DNA from: Octopus sinensis
Taxonomy: Eukaryota
Reading direction: 5' to 3'
Length of the DNA stretch: 64,000 bases
NCBI RefSeq assembly: GCF_006345805.1
Contig: NC_043000.1
Coordinates: 104,036,001 to 104,100,000, forward strand
The number at the start of each line of letters is the position of its first letter. Within the stretch, counting starts at the first letter, position 1. Both the position numbers and the translations under genes were made by a program. Below the pieces are notes generated by a model. It saw only the letters and a list, made by a program, of their open reading frames with translations, was not told the origin of the DNA and ran no database searches. Of the stretch, positions 63,594-64,000 are shown piece by piece.

Positions 63594-64000
63594 ATGGTGG
63601 TGGTACTGCTGCTAAATGTTGTTTTTTTATTAAAGATAAAAGTAGCTTGTAGTAGTAGCAGCAGCAGCAGTAGTTTCAGCATCAGCATCAATGTTTGTAT
63701 TAGCAGTAGATACAGTACAGCAATTTATGTTGGGATGGTGAGTGGTTATAGTTATGTTGATTGTGATTTATACTTCTTGATTACATTGCCTGGCCAGCTA
63801 TACACATGGGTGATGACGTCGACAATGGTGGTGGTGGTGGTGGTGGTGGAGGTGGCGTCAGTGGTGGTGGTTGTGGTGGTGGTGGTGGAGATGGAGATGG
63901 ATGTGGCAGCAGCGGTGGTGGTGGCATGGGTGGTTAAGATTGCTTTTGTATACCCCAATTCAGTCCTAAAGTATATATGGCTCCTCAGCATGGCTCCTTG

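Noticed and set aside
39349-64000. Search for the next ZNF704-like exon (acidic EE.FYY motif, CR3/C-clamp); AG candidates near 39537, 46190, 53132, 57026, 57395, 58348 and 60461
   Set aside because: In the required phase 2 each hits an early stop or lacks a donor and any family similarity; the exon is probably beyond the window.

Overview
AT-rich, microsatellite-rich animal DNA. The SINE and LINE families look like those of an octopod cephalopod (my recognition, not verified by search). The window lies inside one + strand gene, a ZNF704/ZNF395/SLC2A4RG (Glut4EF)-family C2H2 transcription factor. Three phase-compatible coding exons are visible (8140-8285, 13656-13885, 39248-39348); the first exon and the C-terminal CR3/C-clamp exons were not found. 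Everything else is intron, filled with tRNA-SINEs, RTE and CR1 LINE fragments, two HERO-like REL-endonuclease LINE remnants, a DD36E-spaced Tc1 element, a fused head-to-head mariner and two hAT MITEs. The most striking unannotated signal is a set of Penelope-like element (PLE) termini sitting in (TA)n arrays. Three are fold-backs with 410-420, 78 and 60 bp arms. Together with neighbouring fragments they carry six hammerhead-ribozyme motifs: one fully intact (52744-52798, minus), one with an ~80 nt loop II (28652-28778, minus), a pair with a compensatory U3-A8 core (49661-49700 and 50867-50906), and two damaged copies on the host sense strand. The introns also hold many inverted repeats that could form long dsRNA in the pre-mRNA, relevant given extensive A-to-I editing in coleoids. 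All identities are by-eye estimates; no searches were run.
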